A DNA stretch of 64,000 bases from Leptospiraceae bacterium. Lineage in GTDB: Bacteria; Spirochaetota; Leptospiria; Leptospirales; Leptonemataceae. Below the pieces are notes generated by a model, which saw nothing but the letters and a program-made list of their open reading frames with translations, did not search any database and was not told where the DNA came from. Position 1 is the stretch's first letter. Each line of letters opens with the position of its first letter. Below are positions 29,849 to 40,405 of the stretch, piece after piece. Location: NCBI GenBank assembly GCA_040217195.1, contig JAVJNR010000008.1, positions 448,001-512,000 of the forward strand, given 5' to 3'. The position numbers and the translations under genes were made by a program.

Positions 29849-31243
29849 ATGAATGCATTTCTTTATAATTCAAAAAAGACCGGACTCTTTATAGCAATCT
29901 CAGCCATTGCCTTCTGCAGTACTGCATTCTGCGGAGGCGATGGGGAAGTACTGGCCACCTACGATGGGGGAGAAATCACACGCGGCGACATGCGACGATT
30001 GGTTCAGGCCAGTGGTCAGTCCGATGATAAAATCACAACCGCCCAGCAAAATGAAATCCTGAAAATGATTGGAACCTACAGGCTGGCTGCCAATGAACTG
30101 AAGGACGATCAGGAAGCCCAGGCCTGGCTGGACGGGAACTCCAACCTGCTGGAGAGAAAGGCATTGCTTCGTTCTTTTCAGGGCTATCTTAGAACCGATG
30201 ATCCATTTGAGCTAATTAGCATCCAGATTGCCATCCTGAGAAAGGATAAGCAACGGGACCGAAGACCAGAGGCTGAGGCCCTGGCTACGAAGCTAAACGA
30301 TATGAGCTCAGAGGAGGAAATTGCCAATCTGGTAATTGAAGCCAGCGAAAGCCAGGAAACTAAAATGAATGCTGGCAAGATTGTACCTCATTGCGTCTCC
30401 TGTAAACCGGATCTACTGGAATTCATAACAAAACCTCTGAAGGATGCAGAGAAAGGTAAATTCATTGTTATCGATGCTGATAATATGTTCTACGTGGCTC
30501 GAAGAATCTCCACCGATGAACTGGAAGCCGATGAGCTGGCAGAATTCTATCAGTCCTACTTTAATGAGCTGGCCGAGCGAGCGAAGAAAGCTGGTCTCAA
30601 ACAAGAAATCAGCCCCACAATGATTGAAACTCAGGCGAATCAGTATTCCGAACGACTGGTTCGATCCAGAAGTCAGAACAATGAGAAGCTCTGGACCCAT
30701 ATTGATGAACTTGAAAAAAAGTATGAATTCAAACTGAATCGAGAAGAACTGAAGCCTGAATCCTTCGCAAAGGAAAGTGCCGATACCTGGATCATCGAAC
30801 TGGATGGCAAAAAGCGCACCGTTGCAGATTTTAAGAAAATCGTAAATACGAAAGATTTGAACGATTCGACGCTTCTTCAAATCCTTCAGAATATCTATAT
30901 TCCTACAGAGATTCTGCAGCTATCTCCGGAATATGAGGATGTAAAAGATAGCGAGCTCTACGAATTTTTGCAAAAATTCTACAAGAATGAAGCACTGGCC
31001 GGTCGCTACATACAGAAAAGCATTGAGGGTATGGAAGTCACCGATGAGCAAATCCAGGAATACTATAACCTGCGAAAGCACAATCAATTCAATGGAAAAC
31101 CTCTGGCTGTTGTAAAAGAAACCATCCGACAGCAACTGCGCCAGGCTCAGAGCCAGACTGCTGTGCAGAAAATTCAGGATGATTTATTCAACAAATACAA
31201 TTTCAAAATCGAACGAGAGAAACTTAAGGCAGACGAAATATAA
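29849..31243 (+). CDS. Lipoprotein, SurA/PrsA-like chaperone/PPIase-like
   Basis: Signal peptide ending TAF-C; VLATYDGGEIT and VTDEQIQEYY are PrsA/SurA-like segments. Confidence 0.6.
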   Translation: MNAFLYNSKKTGLFIAISAIAFCSTAFCGGDGEVLATYDGGEITRGDMRRLVQASGQSDDKITTAQQNEILKMIGTYRLAANELKDDQEAQAWLDGNSNLLERKALLRSFQGYLRTDDPFELISIQIAILRKDKQRDRRPEAEALATKLNDMSSEEEIANLVIEASESQETKMNAGKIVPHCVSCKPDLLEFITKPLKDAEKGKFIVIDADNMFYVARRISTDELEADELAEFYQSYFNELAERAKKAGLKQEISPTMIETQANQYSERLVRSRSQNNEKLWTHIDELEKKYEFKLNREELKPESFAKESADTWIIELDGKKRTVADFKKIVNTKDLNDSTLLQILQNIYIPTEILQLSPEYEDVKDSELYEFLQKFYKNEALAGRYIQKSIEGMEVTDEQIQEYYNLRKHNQFNGKPLAVVKETIRQQLRQAQSQTAVQKIQDDLFNKYNFKIEREKLKADEI

Positions 31244-31263
31244 CGTCGCTTAAGGGCGATGAC

Positions 31264-31306
31264 CGATGGGAGTGATGAATTCTCTCCCACTGGATTCGCT
31301 CCCATC
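31264..31306. terminator. Long inverted repeat between convergent genes
   Basis: cgatgggagtga...tcgctcccatcg stem immediately after the stop of the 29849 gene. Confidence 0.45.
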
Positions 31307-31476
31307 GTCTAGATCCCGCGGATTTTGCTCTCTTCTAAACTTTCGCCTGAAATCCTCGTTGAAAGTGTGAGCAGATCGCTGCTTCCAGAAACAATTGACC
31401 TTCCCCGGCCCGGGGCAGGCCCCCTAAAGCCCATCTTTTTGCACTTCTGACCAATACAGACGGTTACGGAGGCTCG

Positions 31477-32820
31477 TTAATGAGGAATCTTGCCATCAAA
31501 GCCCTTCCAGAACATGGTATACATGGGATGGGCCAGTGAACCGGAAAAAAGCTTTTTCTGAGATGTAGAAATGTCCAGCCTCTGTAATTGCTGCATCAGC
31601 ATATCTCTACCGCGATTCAAACATCGATTCGAATATTGCTCCACTGCATCTGCAGGCTGATCTCTATCCGGTAGTCTGGAAATAAATTCGTACTCCAGTG
31701 CATCTCGCCTGGCCTGAATATCCGGAGCATACTTCATGAAATCTGTAAGTACCCCTCGGTGCAGCCTTTCATGCATCCACCACAAACTTTCATCCGGCCT
31801 GGCCCCCGGAAGTATCCAGTCAGTACCTTGTAGATTGCTATGACCAAAGAAGAATGGTTTGAATATTGAGAGGCAGGGAGCCGAAGTACCGGTAAACCAA
31901 ACAACAGGCCTTTCATCCAATTGAACAACCATGGATCCGGTGGTCTGGGAAGGCGCTGTAAGTCCAGAAGCATGCAGGCACAGACTTTTCATTCCTGTCT
32001 TAGATGGATGAAATCCCTTTTTACCATCGTAATCTCCATGGCTTCGCAGTATGCGCATTGCATCCCTTTGAGTCATAGTGCTGGCTCTGGCCCCGGCCTG
32101 AGAATAGGAGCTATTCTGACGAAATTTACATCCGGACATTTTAGTATAGAAGGAGTCTGAAAAGACTTTGCGAAAGTCCATCGGCTTTCCGGCCTTTAAT
32201 AGGCCTGCCTTTCGCGCTTCATCGGCCAGATTCTTTGAACTCAAATCGAAATGTTCTGCGATGGTCAAACCATTGGAAATGGATGCATGTCCCTGCACTT
32301 CTACCGCAACCCAGAATCGGTCAGCAGTCTCCAGCACATAGGCTCTTTGGGGATCTGCTATGATAAAGCTATTATGGTAGTAGAACTTTCGATCCTGATA
32401 TCCGCCACAGGCATCCTGGCCATACTCTTCTAGCAAACTGGTAATGGTTTCAAGTGCAGACTGCGCATCGTCCGCCCTTTCCAGTGCCAGGCGCAGCATA
32501 TCCATGCCGGTGAGCCCGGTGTCCTTTTTTTCAATAGGAAGCTTTGTAAATACAGCTTCATTCCCAATGGTAAGACCATGCTCGTTGACACCCATCTCCG
32601 CTCCCCACATATGGAAAGGACGAGATATAAGAATTTCATGGGTATGCTGAACCTGCGGAATTTCTATGTAAGTGGTTTTTAATTTTCCCTGGTTTTTCAG
32701 ATCGTAATCTGCGGCGGGCACTCGTTCAATGGCCTGAGCCTCGTTTGGCTCCCGATCCGAGTTCTTTCCGAAAATCGCAGGACCGGATCCGTTAGAAGTG
32801 ACCACAAACGTATCGCACAT
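31477..32820 (-). CDS. Peptidase C69/secernin-like Ntn hydrolase
   Basis: N-terminal M-C-D-T nucleophile, FGKNSDREPNE, WGAEMGVNEHG, GNEA, HNSFIIAD. Confidence 0.88.
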   Translation of the reverse strand: MCDTFVVTSNGSGPAIFGKNSDREPNEAQAIERVPAADYDLKNQGKLKTTYIEIPQVQHTHEILISRPFHMWGAEMGVNEHGLTIGNEAVFTKLPIEKKDTGLTGMDMLRLALERADDAQSALETITSLLEEYGQDACGGYQDRKFYYHNSFIIADPQRAYVLETADRFWVAVEVQGHASISNGLTIAEHFDLSSKNLADEARKAGLLKAGKPMDFRKVFSDSFYTKMSGCKFRQNSSYSQAGARASTMTQRDAMRILRSHGDYDGKKGFHPSKTGMKSLCLHASGLTAPSQTTGSMVVQLDERPVVWFTGTSAPCLSIFKPFFFGHSNLQGTDWILPGARPDESLWWMHERLHRGVLTDFMKYAPDIQARRDALEYEFISRLPDRDQPADAVEQYSNRCLNRGRDMLMQQLQRLDISTSQKKLFSGSLAHPMYTMFWKGFDGKIPH

Positions 32821-32879
32821 GTTTCTGATTTCTCATCAATGCCCTGGTCTACAAATCATTTTCTTATGAGTCTTTTCGT

Positions 32880-33809
32880 ATGAGCCCTGCCAAACATCCT
32901 GTAATTTTGATTCAGGAAACCGAGGATTACGCCGCCTTCTATAAGCCGGCAGGCCTTGTTTTCTTTGAGGATTCCCAGAAAACAGATTTTCTGGATGAAA
33001 TGCGAGCATTGTGCTCCGATCAGGCCGATCGACTATATCCTGTCCATAGACTGGATAAGGTTACATCTGGAATTCTGCTCTGCGCCAAGGGCCGAAAAAA
33101 TGCCAATTTGCTGGGTAATGAATTTCGCTTTCACCGAGCGGAGAAGATTTATGTGGCTCTTTCAGCCAGGGCCGGATTTAAGAAGGCTGCCTTGATAGTG
33201 GGCGACATGGAAAAGAGTCGACGGGGCTCCTACAAACTTCTCCGAACCAGGGATAATCCGGCTCGAACATCCTTTGTTTCCGAACCCTTGCAGGAGCAAC
33301 GAACGGGATTGCGACTTCTCTGGGTCCGTCCAATTACAGGAAAAACGCATCAGATTCGAGTTGCACTGAAAAGTGTGGGATTTTCCATTCTGGGAGACCC
33401 TCTGTACAATGCCTTTAGCGAAGCCAGACAGGAGGATCGCACCTATTTGCATGCCCTGGCATTGAGATTTAACCTTCAGGGCAAAGAATTCCAGATTCGG
33501 GAATTGCCCCGAGAGGGAGAGGAATTCTTGAATCCGCTTTGCCTGGAAACCATAAAAGAAACCGATCCTTACTCCCTGGATTATCCCGGAATGCGAGCCT
33601 GGAAAAAGAAGCTGGAAAGCATGGCAGCAGAGGGCCCCGGATCAGCGCCCCGAAAAAAAGCAGCAGGCAAAAAACCTCTCGCTGGAAAAAAAACCACTGA
33701 AGCATCCAAATCGGAAACCGGTGATAAAAAGAAGTTCAACGAGGTTAAAAGGGGTCGTCCCAGGAAAAGAAAGGGAAACCCTCCGGGGCACAGGCATTCA
33801 GGAAACTGA
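32880..33809 (+). CDS. RluA-family pseudouridine synthase
   Basis: YKPAG, HRLDKVTSG, TGKTHQIRV, ILGDPLY, LHA; Lys-rich C-terminal tail. Confidence 0.92.
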   Translation: MSPAKHPVILIQETEDYAAFYKPAGLVFFEDSQKTDFLDEMRALCSDQADRLYPVHRLDKVTSGILLCAKGRKNANLLGNEFRFHRAEKIYVALSARAGFKKAALIVGDMEKSRRGSYKLLRTRDNPARTSFVSEPLQEQRTGLRLLWVRPITGKTHQIRVALKSVGFSILGDPLYNAFSEARQEDRTYLHALALRFNLQGKEFQIRELPREGEEFLNPLCLETIKETDPYSLDYPGMRAWKKKLESMAAEGPGSAPRKKAAGKKPLAGKKTTEASKSETGDKKKFNEVKRGRPRKRKGNPPGHRHSGN

Positions 33810-33948
33810 CGAATCTACCGTTAGTATAGATGTGGGTAACTGCATCGTTAGAATTAATCCGAAAAGCTGGAAAGGCCTACCAGAGGGAGGTGTACTCACT
33901 TTTAACTCTGAAGGCAAAACTCTGGAAACTCGGCGCAGCAGGAAGCCA

Positions 33949-34695
33949 GTGCACCAACTGATTCTGGCTACACTATTTGCAGGCATTCTATGTCTGCCCG
34001 GAAAGCAGATAGGTTCCATCTCTCCAGAAAGCAAAAAAGATGCCAGAGAACAAATTCGCCTTCTGGAAGGGATGCTAGAAGAAATGCCCCGTCGGATGGA
34101 ATTGCAGGCCATCGATCTATTTGAATCCAAACGAGATTATTACACAAGAGCTCCCAGTACAGATTTAAGTATTATTGAATACGCTTATCGCTCACCGGAT
34201 GGTCCGGAATTCCTGGAAGAAATACAGATATTAAACCAGAGAGTGCAACCTGACGTTACCTACCATCGGTGTCTTTTGGTACACACATCCTTTGATGTAC
34301 CCGGAAAGCAGATCTATCAGGTTTTACTGCGAAACCCCGTGCCTCTGGAAGGAGAATTGTTTCGATTATCTCTGTGGGTTCATGCCCAGAATCAGAAGCA
34401 CTCCCTTTCTGCACTCTTTCTGGATCCCCGTGGCCGGGAAGTTGAGGTTCCTCTGGGAGCGCTGGTGTGGGAAGGCTGGAAAAGAATCACCGTGAATCTT
34501 CCAGCTGCACAATTCAGGAAAGGTAAGGATCATAGAATTCGTGCTGGAGGCCAGTTTAAAGGGTTTCTAATTCGCAGCCATCCACACGAACAGGACGGGC
34601 CGGTATCTGTCATGATCGATAACCTCCTGGTACTTAAAGACATGCGAAAGCTCAGATATCCGGGAGCAGAAATCGAAGATTCCTGGGGAGAGTAA
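33949..34695 (+). CDS. FlaA-like (flagellar filament outer-layer) periplasmic protein
   Basis: GTG 33949 gives a signal peptide; PVPLEG...SLWV, LGALVWEGWKRITV and MIDNL resemble the spirochaete FlaA domain. Start uncertain (ORF open from 33721). Confidence 0.6.
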   Translation: MHQLILATLFAGILCLPGKQIGSISPESKKDAREQIRLLEGMLEEMPRRMELQAIDLFESKRDYYTRAPSTDLSIIEYAYRSPDGPEFLEEIQILNQRVQPDVTYHRCLLVHTSFDVPGKQIYQVLLRNPVPLEGELFRLSLWVHAQNQKHSLSALFLDPRGREVEVPLGALVWEGWKRITVNLPAAQFRKGKDHRIRAGGQFKGFLIRSHPHEQDGPVSVMIDNLLVLKDMRKLRYPGAEIEDSWGE

Positions 34696-34803
34696 GCAAG
34701 TATTCGGATTTTCCGGAGAATTTGGCAGCGCGTAAGTTAGATCCCAGCAGGGATAGTTTTTCGGGGAGTAAAGGATGACCTCCCGATAGCATGGTTCGAT
34801 GCT

Positions 34804-35532
34804 CTAACGAACCGGCATATACATAAATGGAAATTCGTAAGGCTCGTAGCTGTAATCTCTGCGAGAGCGAAATCTCACAGTAGGAGTATCCACCGGTTCG
34901 TCTCCGGAATGAACCAGAGGGCTGAAATAGAATTCCTCTACTTTTCCAAAGTACAAATCATAGTACCGAAATACCAGACAGGCGGGCCTGTCCAGGATCA
35001 GCACATCGCTGGCTTCATCGTTGAATTCATCCTGCAGGCCCACTTTGCCTTGCTCAACATCGCAAGTGTACACATTTTTTGGCGTAAAGTTTCCCTCTTC
35101 GCTGCGAATCTCCAGAGTCTGTCTATGGATTTTAAGCGGAAACATCTCCTCCGGTGCATCGATTTTCCAGTGCAGGCTCACATACTGTTGATTAAGTATT
35201 GGAGGCTCCGCATCCCAGAGAGGGACGATGCAGGGACCTCGCATGACTGTAAAGGCTCCCGTGTAGGCCCATATTGAGTGATTCACTCCATGGGAATTTA
35301 GCCGGGCTGCTGTATGCTCTCCCTCTTTTCCACGAAAATAGAAATCTGGATTTGCATACCAGAAAGCATCCACAGAGGAACATTGAATCAGTCCAGAAGC
35401 TATTAAAAGTAAAGGCAGGAGTTTCAAAGCTACCAGCCTTCTGCAAGACCGCCCGTTGGAATCGAATGCTCTTGCGAATCTGCCTTTAGGAAATCCGACA
35501 GCAATGACAGTAGAGTTACCTTCTCCGATCAT
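34804..35532 (-). CDS. Hypothetical lipoprotein (probable start TTG 35427)
   Basis: (M)[15 protein letters not shown] lipoprotein-like signal; no family recognised. Confidence 0.55.
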   Translation of the reverse strand: MIGEGNSTVIAVGFPKGRFARAFDSNGRSCRRLVALKLLPLLLIASGLIQCSSVDAFWYANPDFYFRGKEGEHTAARLNSHGVNHSIWAYTGAFTVMRGPCIVPLWDAEPPILNQQYVSLHWKIDAPEEMFPLKIHRQTLEIRSEEGNFTPKNVYTCDVEQGKVGLQDEFNDEASDVLILDRPACLVFRYYDLYFGKVEEFYFSPLVHSGDEPVDTPTVRFRSRRDYSYEPYEFPFMYMPVR

Positions 35533-36953
35533 AGCTCGATGCCAGATAGGCGTGCAATCTCGGCCACATCCTTGTCGCCTCTGCCAGATAGACAGATCAG
35601 TAGCTTCTGACGCTTCTTTCTGGATTTACCGGATTTCTTGCCTTTATCGGAACCAGACTCCTTACCCGGATTATTATTCAGCGAACTCTGGCTCTCCGCG
35701 GCCAGCTCTTTTGCCATGGCAAAGGTATGCGAAGTTTCCAGTGCAGGCAAGATACCTTCCAGACGAGATACCTCTTTGAATGCTTCCACAGCTGAATCAT
35801 CGTTCACCATTCTATACTCGGCACGACCGCTAACCGCCAGGTAGGCATGCTCCGGCCCTACCCCCGGATAATCCAGGCCTGCACTTACACTATGGACATT
35901 TTCGATCTGTCCATCGTTATCCTGAATGTACAATGAACGGGTGCCATGAAAATAACCAGGGCGACCAAAGGAAATACTGGCCGAATTTTCTCCTGGCTTT
36001 AACCCACGACCTCCAGCTTCGGTTCCTATGAGCCGAACTTTCTTATCCTTGAGAAAACCGTAGAAAATTCCGATTGCATTGGATCCACCTCCCACACAGG
36101 CAAGGACCGCATCTGGCAAATCGCCAGTGGCTTTCTTGAATTGTTTTCTAGCTTCTTCGCCAATCATGGATTGAAAATCTCGCACAATAGTAGGAAAAGG
36201 ATGGGGCCCGATGGCAGAGCCTATTATGTAATGGGTATCCAGGGCATTTCTGGACCAGTCTCGCATGGCCTCATTTGTAGCATCCTTCAAGGTTGCATTT
36301 CCACTGGTTACCGGAATTACTTTCGCTCCCAGCAATTCCATTCTATAGCAGTTGAGCTTTTGACGACGCACATCTTCGGCGCCCATATATACCACGCATT
36401 CGAATCCCAGACGAGCAGCAGCGGTTGCGGTGGCCACTCCATGTTGACCTGCACCCGTTTCTGCGATGATTCGCTTCTTTCCCATTCTTCGGGCAAGCAA
36501 TGCCTGGCCAATTGCATTGTTGATTTTATGAGCCCCTGTATGGTTAAGATCCTCTCTTTTGAGATAGATTTCCGCTCCCCATGCATTGCTTAAATTGGGA
36601 GCGTAGGTCAGAAGAGACGGACGACCAATATACTGTTTCTGATAATCCTGGAATTCCCGGACAAAGCCTTTGTCTTTCTTGTATTTCTCGTAAGCCTTTT
36701 CCAGCTCATCGATGGCCGGAATCAGAACTTCAGGACTGTAGCGACCGCCGTATGGTCCAAAATAGCCCTTTCGATTCAGGAGGCTCACTTTGCCTGTACC
36801 GTTCTTTGCAGATGCGGACTTGCCAGAATTCCGACCTTCCTCCGAACGGCCTTCTTTCTTCTTTCCACTTTCCAGGGGCGCCTTCTTCTCTTTTTTTGTC
36901 TGCGATTTGTTCTTCGCGGATTTAGACTCTAACTTTTCCACAGATTTGCCCAT
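35529..36953 (-). CDS. trpB: Tryptophan synthase beta chain
   Basis: [52 protein letters not shown]. Confidence 0.97.
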   Translation of the reverse strand: MGKSVEKLESKSAKNKSQTKKEKKAPLESGKKKEGRSEEGRNSGKSASAKNGTGKVSLLNRKGYFGPYGGRYSPEVLIPAIDELEKAYEKYKKDKGFVREFQDYQKQYIGRPSLLTYAPNLSNAWGAEIYLKREDLNHTGAHKINNAIGQALLARRMGKKRIIAETGAGQHGVATATAAARLGFECVVYMGAEDVRRQKLNCYRMELLGAKVIPVTSGNATLKDATNEAMRDWSRNALDTHYIIGSAIGPHPFPTIVRDFQSMIGEEARKQFKKATGDLPDAVLACVGGGSNAIGIFYGFLKDKKVRLIGTEAGGRGLKPGENSASISFGRPGYFHGTRSLYIQDNDGQIENVHSVSAGLDYPGVGPEHAYLAVSGRAEYRMVNDDSAVEAFKEVSRLEGILPALETSHTFAMAKELAAESQSSLNNNPGKESGSDKGKKSGKSRKKRQKLLICLSGRGDKDVAEIARLSGIEL

Positions 36954-36991
36954 GATTGTTGCCTGATAATGAATCTTTATTGAATTCTAAA

Positions 36992-38791
36992 TCAATCCTC
37001 GGGCTTTAGCTCGGCGAAGAGCTGCTTCCGGATGGATTGAATCTCCCAGATCAGTCCCGAATGGTCCTGCCCCCCGTCTATTTTCTTGCTTTCACCAGAG
37101 CTGCGTATCTGAACCTCGGCCTGTCCATCCTGAAAATAGAATTTTCCCAGAGTAATTCGGATGGGGTATCCCACAAGTTCTGCATCGTTAAATCGAACTC
37201 CCGGACGAAGGTCCCTATCATCCCAGTAAACATCCAGACCCTGATCGAGCATCACCTGGTAGACGGCTTGAGCCCTGGACTTTTCTTCCTCTGTCTTTGT
37301 TATACTAACAAGACAGATTTCGAACGGCGCCACAGAGATAGGCCATACGATTCCTTTTTCATCGTGGCTTTGCTCGATGACTGTAGCCATAGTCCGATTG
37401 ATTCCAACACCATAGCAACCCATGATGGGAGTGATAGGCTTCTGATCCGGATCCAGAACCGTCATATTGAAAGCATTCGTGTATTTTTTGCCGAGTTTAA
37501 AGATATGGCCCACTTCTATGCCCCGCATGGCCTTCATAGGGCCATCACCTGCCGGCGAAGGATCTCCGTCCACAGCCAGGGCCAGATCCACAGCTGATTT
37601 GCGCTGCTCATCTGTGAGCCAGAATCCTTTCACATGTTGATCCCTTTCATTGCCACCTGTAATCCAGGTGGCTCGAGTGAGCGCAGACAGATCAAAGAGT
37701 GTAATAAGATTATCCACCTGGTTGAGATCAAAAGGTCCTGCACTTCCAGGAACGCTTCCTATTTTTTTGAAGTCCGCATCGGAGGCAGGTTCCAGCTCAT
37801 TGCATTTCAAATGATTCTTTAATTTAACTTCATTGATATCTCGATCACCCCGAATCCCGATAAATACGAGTCCATTCTCCGTGCGATAGAGCACGCTCTT
37901 GAGTAAATCCGAAGAAGGGACTTTCAAAAATTCTGCCAGTTCTTCGATTGTTTTGATCTTTGGAGTCTCGATGATCTCCAGATTCTTTTTTTCAGGTGCC
38001 GTGGGACGCTTTGTTTCCGCACCTGCTTCCAGAGACTCTTCATAGATCACCGGAGTCTTTTCCTGGTTGCTTCGATATTTGTCTGAAAGCAATAATACCT
38101 CTTCGCCTATCTCCGAAGGCACCATGAATTCCTCCGAGCCACTTCCTCCCATGGCCCCGGAATCCGCCTCCACAGGTACAGTCTCCAATCCCGCGCGCTG
38201 AAAGATTCTGCGGTAGGTTCTTCGCATCTCCTGATAGGTGGCAGCCAGGCTTTCTTCATCTGCATGAAAGGAATAAGCATCTTTCATTATGAATTCCCGG
38301 GAACGAATGACTCCAAATCTGGGCCGAATTTCATCCCTGAATTTAGTATGAATTTGATATACATTCACTGGCAGATCGCGATAGGATCTGAGAATCTGCT
38401 GCATCAATTCGGTAAAGGACTCTTCATGTGTGGGGCCCAAAACATTCCAGACTTCATGACGATCCTGGATGCGAAACATCTCTTTTCCCATAGTATTCCA
38501 TCGACCGGAAGTTTCCCAAAGCTCGGAAGGAATCAATACCGGAAGCTGAAACTCAAGGGCGCCGCTCCGATTCATTTCTTCGCGGACAATGTTTTCGATC
38601 TTTCGAATGACTCTCAATCCCGCAGGTAGTAGATAATACAGACCGGCTCCAAGTTTTCGAACCAGGCCAGCTCGAAGCATCAGACGATGGGATGCCACCT
38701 GAGCATCCTGGGGATCTTCTCTAAGTGTAGGAATCAGGAAATGCGAAGCTTTCATCTGGAACGAGATTTGGCTCCGTTGCCCTGAGGACAA
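36992..38791 (-). CDS. proS: Proline--tRNA ligase (bacterial type with editing insertion)
   Basis: GPTHEE, KFRDEIRPRFG, EFIMKDAYSF, GIEVGHIFKLG, MGCYGVG. Start may be at MKASHF. Confidence 0.97.
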   Translation of the reverse strand: MSSGQRSQISFQMKASHFLIPTLREDPQDAQVASHRLMLRAGLVRKLGAGLYYLLPAGLRVIRKIENIVREEMNRSGALEFQLPVLIPSELWETSGRWNTMGKEMFRIQDRHEVWNVLGPTHEESFTELMQQILRSYRDLPVNVYQIHTKFRDEIRPRFGVIRSREFIMKDAYSFHADEESLAATYQEMRRTYRRIFQRAGLETVPVEADSGAMGGSGSEEFMVPSEIGEEVLLLSDKYRSNQEKTPVIYEESLEAGAETKRPTAPEKKNLEIIETPKIKTIEELAEFLKVPSSDLLKSVLYRTENGLVFIGIRGDRDINEVKLKNHLKCNELEPASDADFKKIGSVPGSAGPFDLNQVDNLITLFDLSALTRATWITGGNERDQHVKGFWLTDEQRKSAVDLALAVDGDPSPAGDGPMKAMRGIEVGHIFKLGKKYTNAFNMTVLDPDQKPITPIMGCYGVGINRTMATVIEQSHDEKGIVWPISVAPFEICLVSITKTEEEKSRAQAVYQVMLDQGLDVYWDDRDLRPGVRFNDAELVGYPIRITLGKFYFQDGQAEVQIRSSGESKKIDGGQDHSGLIWEIQSIRKQLFAELKPED

Positions 38792-40393
38792 TCAGAATGT
38801 AAGCACATCCACCACGTCTTTGTACATAATCCAGAGCCCCAGGCTTACCAGAACGATGAATCCAAAGCGGTAAATACCCTCCATTACATTTCTTGAAAGG
38901 GGGCGTCCGGCAATGGCTTCCAGAAGAAAGAACACTATGTGTCCACCATCCACCATGGGAAAAGGCAGCAGATTAATTACCATCAGAGCAATGGAAATGG
39001 CTGCCATCAGATGAAAATATTCGGTGAGGCTGGATCGAGCGATTGCACCTGCATAGGCAAACATCCTTACAGGCCCGGCTGCATTATCGATGAAGGAGAC
39101 TCGTCCGGCAAAGATCTGGGAAAAGAACTCCGGATAGAGCATCACTGCCTGATAGGTTCTCTCCAGGCCTCTCTGCACACCCTCACCAATGGGAGGTAGT
39201 TCGCCGGTTCTGGGATCAATCACCTGGGCGGGGCGAAATCCCATTAGCCCGATCTTTTCTCCCAACACATCCGCTTCATAGTTCTGGCTGCCCACTCGAA
39301 GGTCTGTTCTTTGCTTTTCTGAATATCTCTGGGCCAGGCTTCTGTAGGAAAGGGATGGTCCATCGCCAAATTTCAGATCACCCAGCAACCTCTGATGTTC
39401 CGGAGCATGGGAAACCAGTTGCTGATCCGGCACCATGGAGTTGTATTTTAGATCTTTAATATTTCGAAGCCAGACTCGATACTCCCCTTCTACCGGTACC
39501 TGTACGTTCACTTCCTCTGTAAACCAGGGAGCCAGCCAGGAGGCGGTTTCTCTGCGGACTTTTACCGATACGGTTCCGTCGCTATGCTGTCCCAACAATC
39601 TCTGTAGATCCAGCACGGATGTGGGTGTGGTACCTTCCACAGAAAGAATTACATCCCCTTCTTCCAGATAGGGCAGCGCCCTTAAATGATCTGGAGGCTG
39701 GGTATCACCAAAGATTTCATCGAAACGATAACTCATTACAGCGCCAAAGGGATAGTCCACACGAAGCAATCGGTCCCCGGGCACCCGAATTCCAATGGAG
39801 GCTCGCCCGGCAGAATCCACGGCCGGAGTAATGGTCAGATTAACTCTCTCTCCATCACGAAGCACCTCAAAAGGCAGAGGCCTGCCTCCGGATAAAATCA
39901 CTCCATTCTGGATATCGTAAAAATTCTCCACCGGCTGACCATCGATGGCCACCACTCGATCGCCGGTGCGTAAGCCGCCCTGATAGGCCGGAGAATCCGC
40001 TCCAAGTTCTTCCAGGATGGTCACTTCGTTGGATGGAGGGGCCGTGAACATGCCCAGGCCCAGAAAAATGATGGCACCCAGTATCAAGTTGAATAGAGGC
40101 CCGCCCAGAACGGGAATGATTCGCTTGAGAGGAGGTACAGAAAAAAAACCGCCAGGTACATCGCGACCCTCTTCGTAGTCGTCACCGTAAAACTTTACAT
40201 AACCGCCCAGAGGAATCCCGGTAATCTGCCAGGTAGTATCGCCAATTTTTTTCTTCCAGATACCGCGGCCATATCCTACAGAAAAAATCTCTGCTTTTAC
40301 TCCCACCGCTTTGCCCATCAATAAATGGCCCAGCTCATGGATTATAATGCAAACGCCGAGCATGAATACGCCGGCCAGAATAGTAATGATCAT
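38792..40393 (-). CDS. rseP: RIP metalloprotease RseP (site-2 protease with PDZ domains)
   Basis: HELGH, IPLGGYVK, GGPLFN, NLLPFPMVDGGH; position after dxr. Confidence 0.92.
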   Translation of the reverse strand: MIITILAGVFMLGVCIIIHELGHLLMGKAVGVKAEIFSVGYGRGIWKKKIGDTTWQITGIPLGGYVKFYGDDYEEGRDVPGGFFSVPPLKRIIPVLGGPLFNLILGAIIFLGLGMFTAPPSNEVTILEELGADSPAYQGGLRTGDRVVAIDGQPVENFYDIQNGVILSGGRPLPFEVLRDGERVNLTITPAVDSAGRASIGIRVPGDRLLRVDYPFGAVMSYRFDEIFGDTQPPDHLRALPYLEEGDVILSVEGTTPTSVLDLQRLLGQHSDGTVSVKVRRETASWLAPWFTEEVNVQVPVEGEYRVWLRNIKDLKYNSMVPDQQLVSHAPEHQRLLGDLKFGDGPSLSYRSLAQRYSEKQRTDLRVGSQNYEADVLGEKIGLMGFRPAQVIDPRTGELPPIGEGVQRGLERTYQAVMLYPEFFSQIFAGRVSFIDNAAGPVRMFAYAGAIARSSLTEYFHLMAAISIALMVINLLPFPMVDGGHIVFFLLEAIAGRPLSRNVMEGIYRFGFIVLVSLGLWIMYKDVVDVLTF

Positions 40394-40405
40394 CTAAAGT
40401 CTTCC

